A stretch of 62,950 nt of DNA, counting the filler, from Octopus bimaculoides (taxonomy: Eukaryota), in assembly GCF_001194135.2 (NCBI RefSeq). It is 6 parts of 6 records of this genome, joined end to end, with 100 filler letters (N's around TTAATTAATTAA, not from the genome) between each part and the next. Parts side by side here need not be neighbours in the genome. Positions count along the whole stretch, not along the records: positions 19,947 to 36,102 come from NC_068981.1; positions 36,203 to 50,696 come from NC_068998.1; 4 more parts are not named here. One strand, 5' to 3'. Positions 25,408 to 37,895 of the stretch are shown piece after piece. A program made the translations under genes and the position numbers. The notes under the pieces are model-generated. The model saw nothing but the letters and a program-made list of their open reading frames with translations. It ran no database searches and was not told the DNA's origin. Each line of letters opens with the position of its first letter. Positions within the stretch are counted from its first letter, which is position 1.

Positions 25408-26260
25408 ATCTTCCCGGACTAGTTATACTTAATACAAACTAACTTATTTACCTAAGTTTTAAAATTATTTCCTTCGAAATACTCACCTTGCGCAGCAATA
25501 CACCGCTACTTGCTTTCCTACTACTTTTGGAATCCGGCCTGGAAGTCTTTTTTCATTAGCGTGTCAAGGACCTTCTGTGATTCACTCTGGATGTCAACGA
25601 CAGTGTTAAAATGTCGACCTTTCAACTGCGTGTTCACCTCGGGGAAGATATTGAAGTCCACAAGTGCACAATTTGGTCTATAGGGCGGGTGCAGTAGCGA
25701 TACCATATTTGTGGCGGGAAGCTCACGAGTGATGAGAGGTCGGTGAAGAATCCAATTCTTCGTGTTCTAAAACTCTGGTCGCTTTCACGAATATCCTCCT
25801 TCAAACGCTTCAATACGTCCCTGTAGGATTATCGATTGACAGCCTATCCCTGGGAAACGAATACACGATTGACAATACCACATTTCCGAGGATGGCTCTT
25901 GTGGCAGGTCTTCCAAATCGGCCAAGTCTTCCAGGAAAACCTCTTCCGTTTTTGAAGCGACGTTGCCACTCAAAACATTGCGTACGACCCATTGCTTCGT
26001 CTCCGTAAGCATTTCGAAGAATGCTCAATGTCCTGTAGCAGACTTGGCAAGGGTAACGCTCTTCGTTCGAACTTCTAGTGCATGTCAAAAATCGCAGACT
26101 GCAACATGTTCGTGTCCGCCAAAACACAAACTTGATACCTTGCGATGTAAATAAAAGGAATTTCCCACGGCACACTCCTTCATGGAGGTTACTGCTAGCT
26201 CTCACCACATATGCACCCAGGTACTGCCATTCTGTTTGCGCGTGTCTGATACGACCTCAT
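25408..26260 (-). mobile_element. Internally deleted mariner transposon (different family)
   Basis: N-terminal AYGDEAMGRTQCFEWQRRFKNGR and C-terminal HPPYRPNCALVDFNIFPEV..QLKGRHF...DFQAGFQK. The central catalytic region is missing. Confidence 0.85.
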
Positions 26261-26580
26261 GTATATATATANNNNNNNNNNNNNNNNNNNNNNNNNNNNN
26301 NNNNNNNNNNNNNNNNNNNNNNNNNNNNNNNNNNNNNNNNNNNNNNNNNNNNNNNNNNNNNNNNNNNNNNNNNNNNNNNNNNNNNNNNNNNNNNNNNNNN
26401 NNNNNNNNNNNNNNNNNNNNNNNNNNNNNNNNNNNNNNNNNNNNNNNNNNNNNNNNNNNNNNNNNNNNNNNNNNNNNNNNNNNNNNNNNNNNNNNNNNNN
26501 NNNNNNNNNNNNNNNNNNNNNNNNNNNNNNNNNNNNNNNNNNTATATATATACAGAAATACATATATACATATATATGTA

Positions 26581-26611
<31 letters not shown>

Positions 26612-29600
26612 TGATTCGGCTCTATGCAACTTAGTGTTTCGCAATCTTCTAACAGAAATCTAGCTCTTTCTTTCGTATTTTCATATATATGTTAAGTCGA
26701 AGTAGATTAGGAGTGAAGTAATTCGTACGTATACTCTTGTCTATGTAATATATTATAACAACTAAAATTGCGATAAACACACTGATGAAGAATACCAATT
26801 TTTGTCTAATGTTTGATCGGCGTGCAGATATATTCCCTAGCAACGTGATTAGGATGGCACTCCATACAGTAGTGAGTAATATGCTTAAATTTCCTTAACG
26901 TATAGGTATTTTATGGCAATGATTGCGATGTAGGCAAATTGTAATGAAATGGGCGGACAATTTTATCGGTGTTGTAATCATAATACTGCATTGATTATTA
27001 TGTAAGTATGTCTTAAATGTCGTATTTACAATACACTTGAAGTAGAAATGCATTTCCACAAAAGACATACCCCCTTACATGGTTATACAAACGTATATGA
27101 ATCTGTACAATTATGCATGTCATTTTAACAATGCATCCACGTTAAGTACGTTATAAAGATTGAAATTCAGTATTACAATATGCACACAGAAACACACATA
27201 CACATATATATATATGTATATCCATACATATATATATATATATATANNNNNNNNNNNNNNNNNNNNNNNNNNNNNNNNNNNNNNNNNNNNNNNNNNNNNN
27301 NNNNNNNNNNNNNNNNNNNNNNNNNNNNNNNNNNNNNNNNNNNNNNNNNNNNNNNNNNNNNNNNNNNNNNNNNNNNNNNNNNNNNNNNNNNNNNNNNNNN
27401 NNNNNNNNNNNNNNNNNNNNNNNNNNNNNNNNNNNNNNNNNNNNNNNNNNNNNNNNNNNNNNNNNNNNNNNNNNNNNNNNNNNNNNNNNNNNNNNNNNNN
27501 NNNNNNNNNNNNNNNNNNNNNNNNNNNNNNNNNNNNNNNNNNNNNNNNNNNNNNNNNNNNNNNNNNNNNNNNNNNNNNNNNNNNNNNNNNNNNNNNNNNN
27601 NNNNNNNNNNNNNNNNNNNNNNNNNNNNNNNNNNNNNNNNNNNNNNNNNNNNNNNNNNNNNNNNNNNNNNNNNNNNNNNNNNNNNNNNNNNNNNNNNNNN
27701 NNNNNNNNNNNNNNNNNNNNNNNNNNNNNNNNNNNNNNNNNNNNNNNNNNNNNNNNNNNNNNNNNNNNNNNNNNNNNNNNNNNNNNNNNNNNNNNNNNNN
27801 NNNNNNNNNNNNNNNNNNNNNNNNNNNNNNNNNNNNNNNNNNNNNNNNNNNNNNNNNNNNNNNNNNNNNNNNNNNNNNNNNNNNNNNNNNNNNNNNNNNN
27901 NNNNNNNNNNNNNNNNNNNNNNNNNNATATATATATATATATATATACATATGGAGAGAAAGACAGACGGAGATTGCTAGATCGATACATTTATAGATAT
28001 CGCTAGGTATGCTTCGTTATATTCCAGTTCTATGACTCAGAATGCACACACATATACATTCATTGAAAGACTAAACATATATAGCAATCTATATATGCCA
28101 TACACATCGGAATGAAAAGAAAACAAATAGTGTGTAATTGCTAGATGGCGTAGATACTATTAATTCAAATTATTGCCAAACATAAGAGAGTTCATGTAAG
28201 AAGAAATGTTCACTAATCAATAATTTGAACTTCATCTGTGAATGATTTGGAGCGTTGCCCGAATAAATCATTGCTACTTGAGATTGACTGAATTTGTAAC
28301 TAATATTTAGTAGTAATGTGAGGGCTCGAGAGCCAGAAGAAAACGTTTAGGGAAGCAAACTGACAGTGTTACTGTATTTCCGCAAATTTCAGTTAAGCTA
28401 TTTCAACTAATGTCATTTCAATTAAAACTGTGCGTGAAAGTAATGCCATCGCATTTTGACTTCATGCCGTTCTTTAATGCTTCGATCGATCTGCAGAACA
28501 TAGCTGATAAATCTACAAATTTAGTTCTATTCTTGGAATACAAGAAATGCATTGTATAACCTTGGTTTATTCACATAATGCCTGAGAGAGGAACGGCTAA
28601 TTGTTTCATTATCAATGAAATGATAGCCCCATCAGAGGGAAGTATAAATTTCCTTGCGATATTTGTTCTCTTCAACCACTGCAGAGGATAAATTTTTTGA
28701 TCGTCGTATGGGGAAGAATAGAGTGCTAATCCAGCGCAGTATATTTAGGGGATTGTTAGACTTTTGGAGAGAATGTATCCCGATATTTGTATCGGCGCTC
28801 ATCGTTAAAATATCTTTGATCGTGTATTTTAGGTTTTAGCAGAGTTCACTCTTTTTTCTTTTAAGTCTTCGGGCCAGATCTCCGACTCCAGAATAACGTT
28901 CATCCCATTATTTGTAAGCGGGATAAAAATGTCGTCATGCTAAATAACAAAACCTGTTGGAGGACGTTGTCATGTTGTTAGTTTTTATGAATCCCCGTGT
29001 GTTTCATTAGGATTCCAGGAAGGACATTTGAGACATATTTACAGAATAATCAGAGTGTTTCTACTGATTAGAACCGATTAAAGTGTCTGCTCTTTCCAGT
29101 AATATTTGCTCAGACAGCAATCATTATTATAAAATATGCATGCGTTAATCACTTTTAAACATATTACTCAGTAGTGTAAGGAGTGGCGTCCTAATCAGAT
29201 TGCTAAAGAATATATTTACATGCTGATCAAATATCAGACAAAAACACATGTTGTTCATCAGTATATTTACCAATTTTTTTTTTGTACAGTATATTACATT
29301 GTCCGGATTATACGTACGAATTACGTCAATATTAATTAACATCTACAACCTAGAACTCAACCCCGTGTTTGCACTTTAAACGATTATTCTTGCTTAGTGT
29401 TTTGCTATATAATAATTATCAAATGCTTGTTTGTAATATTCATAAAAATGATGGGTGTATTTGCGCATGGATTTATATCTAATTGAAAAGTTTGTTGCAA
29501 TCAAGACAATTTGTCGCTGATCAAAATATCTTATATTAGATTTGATATCAGCAAAGTATTAATATTACTGACTAGCCTTAGGATAGTGCTGCAGAGAAAT

Positions 29601-29964
29601 TAAAATATTGTAATATTCAGACAATTACTATAAACCGTGCCAAATGAAGGGACACGCGACAACTACTACATTGTACAAAAAGCGATATTCTGTCAAATCG
29701 TAATTCCTACCTACTGAGATGGAAATATGTTCGTTGTCAAATTTATACAGTTACACAGTGAGAGTTGGCAACATTTTAGCAATATTATAGTTTCAGAATA
29801 TTTCAATGTATTTTCCTGTATTTCAGTGTTTAATCCTCGCTTGGAGAGGCACGTCTCTAAAATCAATTAGAGTTGATAGAAATTCATGAATACGTTAAAT
29901 GTAGAAACAACAAGCTATTAACTCTGAGTATGTCATGTGAGTCATAAAATTCCTTGTCGGTAAT

Positions 29965-30625
29965 TAACTATATAGAGAGTAGTTAGTTCTAAGATTTCTG
30001 TAGGAGATGCATGTACTACCTCTACTGAAAATTAATGTTTGTTGCCAATTCAACATGACTGTTCCGTACGGAATGTCGGTTATACTATTTTTTAAACTCT
30101 GCAAACCTTTCGAGCTGAATAACGACACAAGCTGTGTCCGATATATTGCCAGCAAAGGAGCAAACCCCTACTCTCTTTTAGCGATTTGACAGGACCAGTA
30201 GGCCAGTCTGGTTTCGTTCTGCACAGAACAGCCATGTTGGAGTGGCAACAAACGTTACTTTTTAGTATAGTTAGTACTTATATCTATTTTAGAGATTTTT
30301 AGAACCAGCTACTTTGCTTGCTGCAAGATCAGCGACTGAATGTCATTTATTTTGCTATACACTGCGAGACAGAGCAAACGACTGCCATCTGTAGCGGACA
30401 GATGTACTGTACTGAGGATGAGCACAAAATAGCCCGAAACAAGGCTTGTCTAGTGCTCCTATCAAACCGCTAGAAGATGGTAGGGCTTCGCTCCCTGCTT
30501 GTAATATATGAGACACAGGTTGTGTCGATAATCAGCTGCATATATTCTCCTGAAGTTAAAAATAGTAGTAGCTTGGTTTTGTACGGAACAGCCATGTTGA
30601 AGTGACAACAAGCATTACTTTTATA
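29965..30625. mobile_element. Hammerhead-carrying 360-bp repeat (retrozyme-like or Penelope pLTR-like): 1.1 direct monomers on + and an inverted partial copy on -
   Basis: GAACAGCCATGTTG recurs at 30226 and 30586 (period 360). The reverse complement of ~29965-30216 aligns with 30435-30625 and then with 30270-30315. Confidence 0.6.
30382..30483 (+). ncRNA. Type I hammerhead ribozyme motif with a partly decayed stem I
   Basis: CTGAGGA at 30412-30418, an extra T, stem II GAGC/GCCC, GAAAC at 30436-30440, stem III AC-AA(GGC)TT-GT and a GTC triplet at 30448-30450. It is closed by an imperfect long stem I (TAGCGG/CCGCTA and CTGCCATCT/AGATGGTAG). Confidence 0.7.
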
Positions 30626-32559
30626 TAATGAGAGTTGTGTTCATAAACATTCGATTACTTCTGTCCAGACAAGGCGCACACATGCAAGCATGCATGCAAA
30701 CTGGTGTGATTTTGTGTTCTTGTGAATGTGAATGTAAATGTGTGTCCCTTCACATATATGAGCTCCCCTTGAAATTGATTATCAACAATACACCCAACCG
30801 GACTTTAGAAGCAGTAAGTATGTGTTGACGCATACACGCTAGGACATAGCATGTTCACCAGCTGAGAGCCAACATGCAGCTGAAAATCCAAGGTAATGAA
30901 CAGCATAAGTTGCATGAACCTTTCGAGAAAATCGAAACTTACATCTAACTTAAGATACTGTTGACAAAAACGGCGATATCATCCCGCTAATCAGATGAAG
31001 ACCTGACAAAATGATCAGCCTTTTGAAGGTCTGTGGACACCGTGAGAATCATGAAAGGAATAGGAAAATCAAGAATAAGGTGGTCAACGAGTAAACTAAG
31101 CCAACGACGAGGTACAAGAGGGAAACGTGGATATTACACCATATCATGATAGATGCACTACCAGTCAGAGATTGCACTATAGAATATATAATGCTCGCAA
31201 CATGCTATGGTATCGAATGAGAACATCAAGATCCGACAAAGGGACAAATCCATGACATTGTTATAGCCATTAAAGTAAAACAAGTGAACAATACTAACAA
31301 TAAAATACAAGCGAATATGAATGGAAGATTATATATATGTGTGTATGCGTCTATGTGCTTATTTATGTGTGTGTGTTTTTATGTGCATGTGTGTGTATAC
31401 ATTTATGCTAGCCTATCACTTAGGATATCCCAGAAACAGCTGTAAGACTTCAAATTCACCGTACCCTAATTAAATATTCTAAAGACTTTGCGATACTCGT
31501 TCTGCCTTGGTTTTGTTGCGTTTCCTTTTTCTCTAATATAACGTATACCTGCTAACTTGAAATCCTAATACGGATCCCTAACGCAAGCGTCAGCTGTGAA
31601 CTCGGAACCGAACAGATGACCAATTATAGCACTTACTCAAGCGTACCTATTCATTTAGATCACCACTGAACTAAAACCCTCATATGCCCTCTCTCTTTCA
31701 CTCTCTCTCCACCTCTCCCCCTCTCTCTCTCTCTTTCTATATATATATATGTATATTATTTATATTATATATACACATGTGTGTATGTTGTGTGTGTGTA
31801 TATTATATAATTATATGCATTATATATATGTATATGNNNNNNNNNNNNNNNNNNNNNNNNNNNNNNNNNNNNNNNNNNNNNNNNNNNNNNNNNNNNNNNN
31901 NNNNNNNNNNNNNNNNNNNNNNNNNNNNNNNNNNNNNNNNNNNNNNNNNNNNNNNNNNNNNNNNNNNNNNNNNNNNNNNNNNNNNNNNNNNNNNNNNNNN
32001 NNNNNNNNNNNNNNNNNNNNNNNNNNNNNNNNNNNNNNNNNNNNNNNNNNNNNNNNNNNNNNNNNNNNNNNNNNNNNNNNNNNNNNNNNNNNNNNNNNNN
32101 NNNNNNNNNNNNNNNGAGATAAATCGATAGATATGAGTGTGTACGAGTGTACCGAATATTCGGACTAAATTTGACGATTATTGAGGTTTCCATTTTTAGA
32201 GATCACCTTAATGTATTAGTGAGCAATCAAAGGCGTTGTAGAGCATAAAAGTTAAAATTGTAGCCGAGAAAAAGTTAGCTGAGATGGAGGAAGGAAAGTC
32301 ATTAGAATATTGGAAAATATTTAACTGTATTTTGATTATTTGCGCCGAGTATCAAAACGCCATCATCATGACAGCAGCTGCATGGACAGCACACACGGTA
32401 TAAGAGGCAAAACATAATGTGGATAACTGCAAAGTGAGTAGGAGGCCCTGACCTGCAGGATGCAGTAGAGTAAGCGCTCTGAATAGGTCCGCAAACGGAA
32501 ATTCATTCCGTAACTGATTATCAATGTTTCAGGCTATGTAAAGATGCTTCAGACTGTTC

Positions 32560-32900
32560 AAACACTAGATGGTGATGGGCACTGATGGAAGGTAATATGT
32601 GTGACAGCAGTTTTCGCCTCCGAAAAGATTCACAAGTGGTTGTTCGAGAATGACTACGACTTTACCAGCTCCATTTTCTTTTCTCTTAATTCCCCCAATT
32701 GTAATCCTGTGAATTGTTCTATGTGGGGCCCAGTTGAGAAAGCAAGCTACTGATCATTCTGCAGGCGCAAGACAGAGCTGGTCGCAAAGATCAAGAAGGT
32801 GTTCGAAGATCTACACAAGGACATAGTAAGGAAAAATAGCACCAAATTCCGGAGCCGCCTTGATGCCGTGAAGGAAGCTGGGGAGAAGATTTTGAGTAGA
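32560..32900 (+). mobile_element. Tc1/mariner-superfamily (DD37D/maT-like) transposase C-terminal relic
   Basis: NSPNCNPVNCSMWGPVEK (resembling SPDCNPLDYxVWG) and LVAKIKKVFEDL.KD.V...KFRSRLDAVKEA. Confidence 0.5.
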
Positions 32901-33442
32901 AATTTGTTTTTCAACTAAAAGCTGGCATATATCTTTTGGATCTTTTCAGTTAGTTATATTTTTGTACAGAATATTGGAATATATAACAAGTTTCATTAAC
33001 ATTGAGGTAGCAGAACCACAAAACATTGCAGTGGGCTAATACTTTTGGACAAGGCTGTACACACANNNNNNNNNNNNNNNNNNNNNNNNNNNNNNNNNNN
33101 NNNNNNNNNNNNNNNNNNNNNNNNNNNNNNNNNNNNNNNNNNNNNNNNNNNNNNNNNNNNNNNNNNNNNNNNNNNNNNNNNNNNNNNNNNNNNNNNNNNN
33201 NNNNNNNNNNNNNNNNNNNNNNNNNNNNNNNNNNNNNNNNNNNNNNNNNNNNNNNNNNNNNNNNNNNNNNNNNNNNNNNNNNNNNNNNNNNNNNNNNNNN
33301 NNNNNNNNNNNNNNNNNNNNNNNNNNNNNNNNNNNNNNNNNNNNNNNNNNNNNNNNNNNNNNNNNNNNNNNNNNNNNNNNNNNNNNNNNNNNNNNNNNAC
33401 ACACACATATATATATATATGCGTGTGTGTGTGTATGTGTGT

Positions 33443-33485
<43 letters not shown>

Positions 33486-33529
33486 TATGGATATATGGAT
33501 ATGTAAGAACATACATACATATATTTATA

Positions 33530-34700
33530 TTGGGTCATCCCATAAATAATGCGATTTTTTCAGTTGCATTAACCATAGGTCTAAGGCCAATGAAATAAAC
33601 TACCTGCAGCAACTTCCTACAAAAGTAGGTAGTAATTTTACATTGTCTTTATTCTCGGTGCAAGTTCTGATGAGTGCAATTCGTTTTAATAGTTATTTTA
33701 TCAAAGCTATAATGTAAGTGACAAAGGAGTATATTCACCATATTTTGCTTTATTAGATCAAGAAAGGAAACAACCCAAGGGAAAGTGCGAAGAATATTGA
33801 TGCAGTATATGATGATCGGACAATAAGCGTAATACCCGTGTCAACGGTGTTTTCTGAAATTCCGAGCCGGAAACTGCAACCTAGGAGACGCGCCTCGACA
33901 TGGAAGGTCTGTAGAGCTTAACAAGGACGTCCTGAAAACGCTGACGTAACAAAATCCCATCGCAACTGTTGAGGGACTAGCAGAGAAGCTTGAATTTGGA
34001 CATTCGACCATTCATTGACACATGCATGCCAAGGGAAAAGTCAGCAAATTGCGTCAATGTGTTCCTCACAAACTTTCTGAGCGTAGAGTGTGGATGTGCG
34101 CTCTTCTTTGCAGTCAACTCTCGCGATTGAACCTTCTTTCGACCGAATAGCGACTGGCGACGAGAAATGGGGTCTCTATAAAAATATCAAGCGCCGAAAA
34201 CAGTGGGTAGCACCCTAGGCTAATAACGTATTCACCCACTAATGGTGATGTTATCTGTTTGGTAAGATATGTAAGGTTTTGTCCTCTTTGAACTTTTAAA
34301 CCAGAACAAACGATAGCAAAGAAGATGCACTGTGAGCGGATTCATCTGCTTACGTTAGCGACAGAATAAAAGTGACATCTTCGCTTTCAAGACGAAAGGT
34401 GTTCTTCCATCAGGATAATGCTCGGCCATATACAGCGAGGATGACATTCCAAAGGTAGGGGCAGTTTGAATTGGAAACGATGCCCCACTAACCATATCCG
34501 CCAGACATTTTACACATGTGAATATCTTTTATTCAGCAGTCTTCTATATCATTTGGACGGAAAAAAATATATATATATTCTGTAGACGAGATCAGAACAG
34601 TATTTTTTGTCACAGATAAGTGAATTTTGGAGGGGAGCCTTGCAAGTCTACTAAATAGATGGAAGAGCATTATAGAAAATGAAGGACAGGATAATTTAGA
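33530..34700 (+). mobile_element. Near full-length degenerate mariner (DD34D) transposon
   Basis: TA followed by the TIR TTGGGTCATCCCATAAATAATGCG. Transposase relics EYIHHILL, CVPHKLSE, IATGDEKW, QDNARP and PYPPDI. The 3' TIR is not seen. Confidence 0.88.
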
Positions 34701-35134
34701 TGATAAGGGCACACCAGGCACATGCACCACAACCATATGTGTGCAACATAACCTTGCAAGTGGGGCCCAGTTAGAAATTTATTCAGGTCGAGTAGCCCAT
34801 CCTGCTCAAAGGGTCTCTGAATAAGGTTTGTTTAAGGATGTTGAGCAAAACACCCATGTTTCCAAATGTGAATTATTCAAACCCCAAAGAATTCCTCTCA
34901 ACGCATGGCTATGATGCTCCCTCACTACTTCTGCTCATGATCAGAGATGCATATATCACCAGCCACCAAGGGACATTCTCAACTGGATAAGGTCAAACAG
35001 CTGACAAGCAAATCTGTTGTATTAATCTGAATATTTGCTGTAGCCCATCTTTTATACCAAGACAAAATAATGTACATGATAACACTCCCAATCAGTTCAG
35101 ATCAGAAGCTGTGCGAGCCACTGCCTGGTACAGC

Positions 35135-35215
35135 ATCTATTATTATTTTTATTATTATTATTATTATGATTAATATTATTATTATCATTGTTGTTGTTGT
35201 TGTTGCTGCTGCTGC

Positions 35216-35251
<36 letters not shown>

Positions 35252-35256
35252 CGTCG

Positions 35257-35294
<38 letters not shown>

Positions 35295-35311
35295 NNNNNN
35301 NNNNGTTGTTG

Positions 35312-35405
<94 letters not shown>
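35135..35405. repeat. Compound (ATT)n/(GTT)n/(GCT)n trinucleotide microsatellite
   Basis: Directly visible; contains a 10-N gap. Confidence 0.95.
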
Positions 35406-35408
<3 letters not shown>

Positions 35409-36007
35409 ACTGCATTAATATTATTTTCCAGCGAAATAAATCTCCGTAAATGTAGGATTATAAATTGGAAATAGTGGCAGAACAATGTAAGAAATTTTGC
35501 TGGAAATAGCAGTCGATAACCGTTCGACGCTATAGAGGCAAAAATGTGTGTATGGAGAAAGGCAAGGTTGTGTGCGAGCGACGAATGTAGAAAACTTTCG
35601 GCTTACTTCTAGGAAGGACGACAGAGAAATGGAGAACCTAGTACACGAGTTTTGAAAATTTCAGAATACGTTTGTTATCGTATCCATTCCTCTGGCGTTC
35701 TTCCTTGAGGTAAGACGAAAATGTTTTATATTCTTTATATTTATTTTTTTTTTATATTAATATTTTTATATAAAGCTTTTTCACTGATGTCGGTTCTGTT
35801 TATGGCTCGACACTCGAGTACTAGGTAGTCCATTTGTGTGGCAGTCTAAATATAGGTACGACAATTTTTTTAAATTATATATTCACTGCCCGCACACATC
35901 TTTGCCTCTATATATATTAAGTGAAGCTTTACTTAGCTTCGAACGGTATCGAATACTATTTCCAGCCAACACTGGTACCTTGCTGTTCGGCTATTTCCTG
36001 TACATAC

Positions 36008-36059
<52 letters not shown>

Positions 36060-36065
36060 GTGTGC

Positions 36066-36099
<34 letters not shown>

Positions 36100-36281
36100 A
36101 TGNNNNNNNNNNNNNNNNNNNNNNNNNNNNNNNNNNNNNNNNNNNNTTAATTAATTAANNNNNNNNNNNNNNNNNNNNNNNNNNNNNNNNNNNNNNNNNN
36201 NNTGGTATGCTTTCTTTATTTATATAAGCTAGAAGCAAAATGGTACAAAAAAAAAACAAAATTACGGCATACATCCATAAG

Positions 36282-36934
36282 CGTGCCCCATCCGATTTGT
36301 TGCCTCATAACTTCCAGAAAAATGGATATTTTTTAATGAAATTTTCTACAAATACGCTTCAGACAGAGTAGATTCCGATTATATCGGAAATTGTGTTGAA
36401 AAATATTCCCTAGGGTGGGATGAAGAGTCGGAAAATTCAGGCGAGTCGGCTTTGTTTCCGCATAAGTTCTGGGAAAATGAAAATTTGTTTTTCATGAATT
36501 TTTCAGAATGTGTAAATTGCGGTTATACCGTTATTTAACGTGAAAAAGAAAAAAAAAATGATGAGTACATACATACAGGCACATATAACAATTTTTTTTC
36601 GAAATTTTCAATTTCATTTCATTCAAAGTGTCAGTTTGTATGTGGACGAATCCAACAATTTTGTTTTTCATATTAAATTCCAATATAATTGTAATCTACA
36701 CACGCTGAAAGGTATTTATATCAAATTTCATTTAAACAATACTCTCCTGAAAGTTATGAAGAAACAAGCCAACTCGTGTGAATTTTCCGAAAGTCCTCTC
36801 CCCACTCACGCAAGAAAAAAAAACTTCTGATATAATCGGAATCTAAACTATCTGAAGCGTATTTGCTGAAAACTTCACACAAAAATATCCATATTTCTGG
36901 AAGGTATGAAGCAACAAAGTAGGGTGGGGAACAC
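36282..36934. mobile_element. MITE/foldback element with ~230-bp imperfect terminal inverted repeats
   Basis: 36284-36390 (TTTGTTGCCTCATAACTTCCAGAAAAATGGATATTTTT...GATTCCGATTATATC) is the imperfect reverse complement of 36825-36934. Homology continues inward (TCGGAAAATTCA..CGAGT.GGC at ~36429 versus ~36770). Confidence 0.85.
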
Positions 36935-37263
36935 AGGTGGAAAATTGCTAAAATTACAAAATTAAATAGTAAGTAAATGATCAAAAGATTTGCACACTCT
37001 TCTAATTAAAATCGCATCAGGAGATACAAAACATTCACAGAATAATCGCAGGTGATTGCGAGACGGAGAAGCGCTGGAGACTTCAGTGAGACTGGACACT
37101 AATGAAGTCGAAAACTTGAGTGTCAGCGGTCTTGTACTTCCAATGTCTCAAAAGCCATAGGCTGAAAAATGTAATTCACCAACAGATTATGGTATTTCAG
37201 TGCCTTATTTCATTCAACTCCAGATTAAGGACTTGGTGATGGAGGAAATTAGTCTTTAACGGT

Positions 37264-37748
37264 AAAGTCCCATACTGCAAGTAAATAGTGGATGGCTACA
37301 GATTCTTTTTAAGACTTAAAGCTTAATGTTGTTAGTAAATGGTTAACGGAGAATCTCAAAATATATAAATATTTCTCATGGCGCCATCAGAGAGAATGGA
37401 AAAGGCGTTGCTCCGGATAGCGAGGGAGATTTGCTGGAAAAGTCCCATACTAGGTATCTCTGTACAACTTAAAAGGCTTCACAATCAGCGGAGACATATA
37501 AAATTTTGATTTTTGTGAGACGCTCTGGTGGCCTTCCAAGCTTTATATAACTTGGGAGTCTCACGGAGTCCGACATTGGGTACGTACAGACGAAATATCC
37601 AGCCTGGTACTACACGTGTACTTTACGTGAAAGGAATCAGACTGATCAAAGGTGAAGTTAAAACCGGCCGCCTAAAAGAAAACATATGAATATTGACCAA
37701 TCAGAATGTAGGATTAATTAAATTCTTCAACAACTTCAACTTCCGCTT
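37264..37748 (+). promoter_or_regulatory. Putative promoter of the Nopp140-like gene
   Basis: NF-Y-type GACCAATCAG at 37695-37704; E-box CACGTG at 37613; ZNF143/Staf-like TCCCATACTGCA at 37268; ETS-like ACTTCCG near 37739. The region is locally CpG-richer, non-repetitive sequence. Confidence 0.5.
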
Positions 37749-37895
37749 GTGTTAGTTGCGAAGGAAAAGTACGTTTAAATTAACTGGAGAATGCTTTATT
37801 AAAAAGGGAGGTAACTATAACTTATTTCCGTTACATGAAACTTTGCATTTGATAACTTGGTTAAGTCTTCTGCCTAGGCAGAAAAAAGAGTAGTA
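37725..37895 (+). other. Probable 5' UTR of the Nopp140-like gene: non-coding exon (to 37768), 109-nt intron (37769-37877), UTR part of the next exon
   Basis: GTACGT donor at 37769; acceptor GTCTTCTGCCTAG ends at 37877, 18 nt before the ATG. A pyrimidine-rich stretch near 37725-37748 is a plausible start site. The TSS position is inferred. Confidence 0.5.

Noticed and set aside
28640-29100. Unique sequence with short minus-strand open stretches as possible exons
   Set aside because: There are stops in all frames, the donors are weak and no homology is recognisable.
37431-37645. GGAAAAGTCCC and AATCAGACT resembling RNase MRP/P conserved regions
   Set aside because: The two motifs cannot pair to form P4, and no other conserved regions were found.
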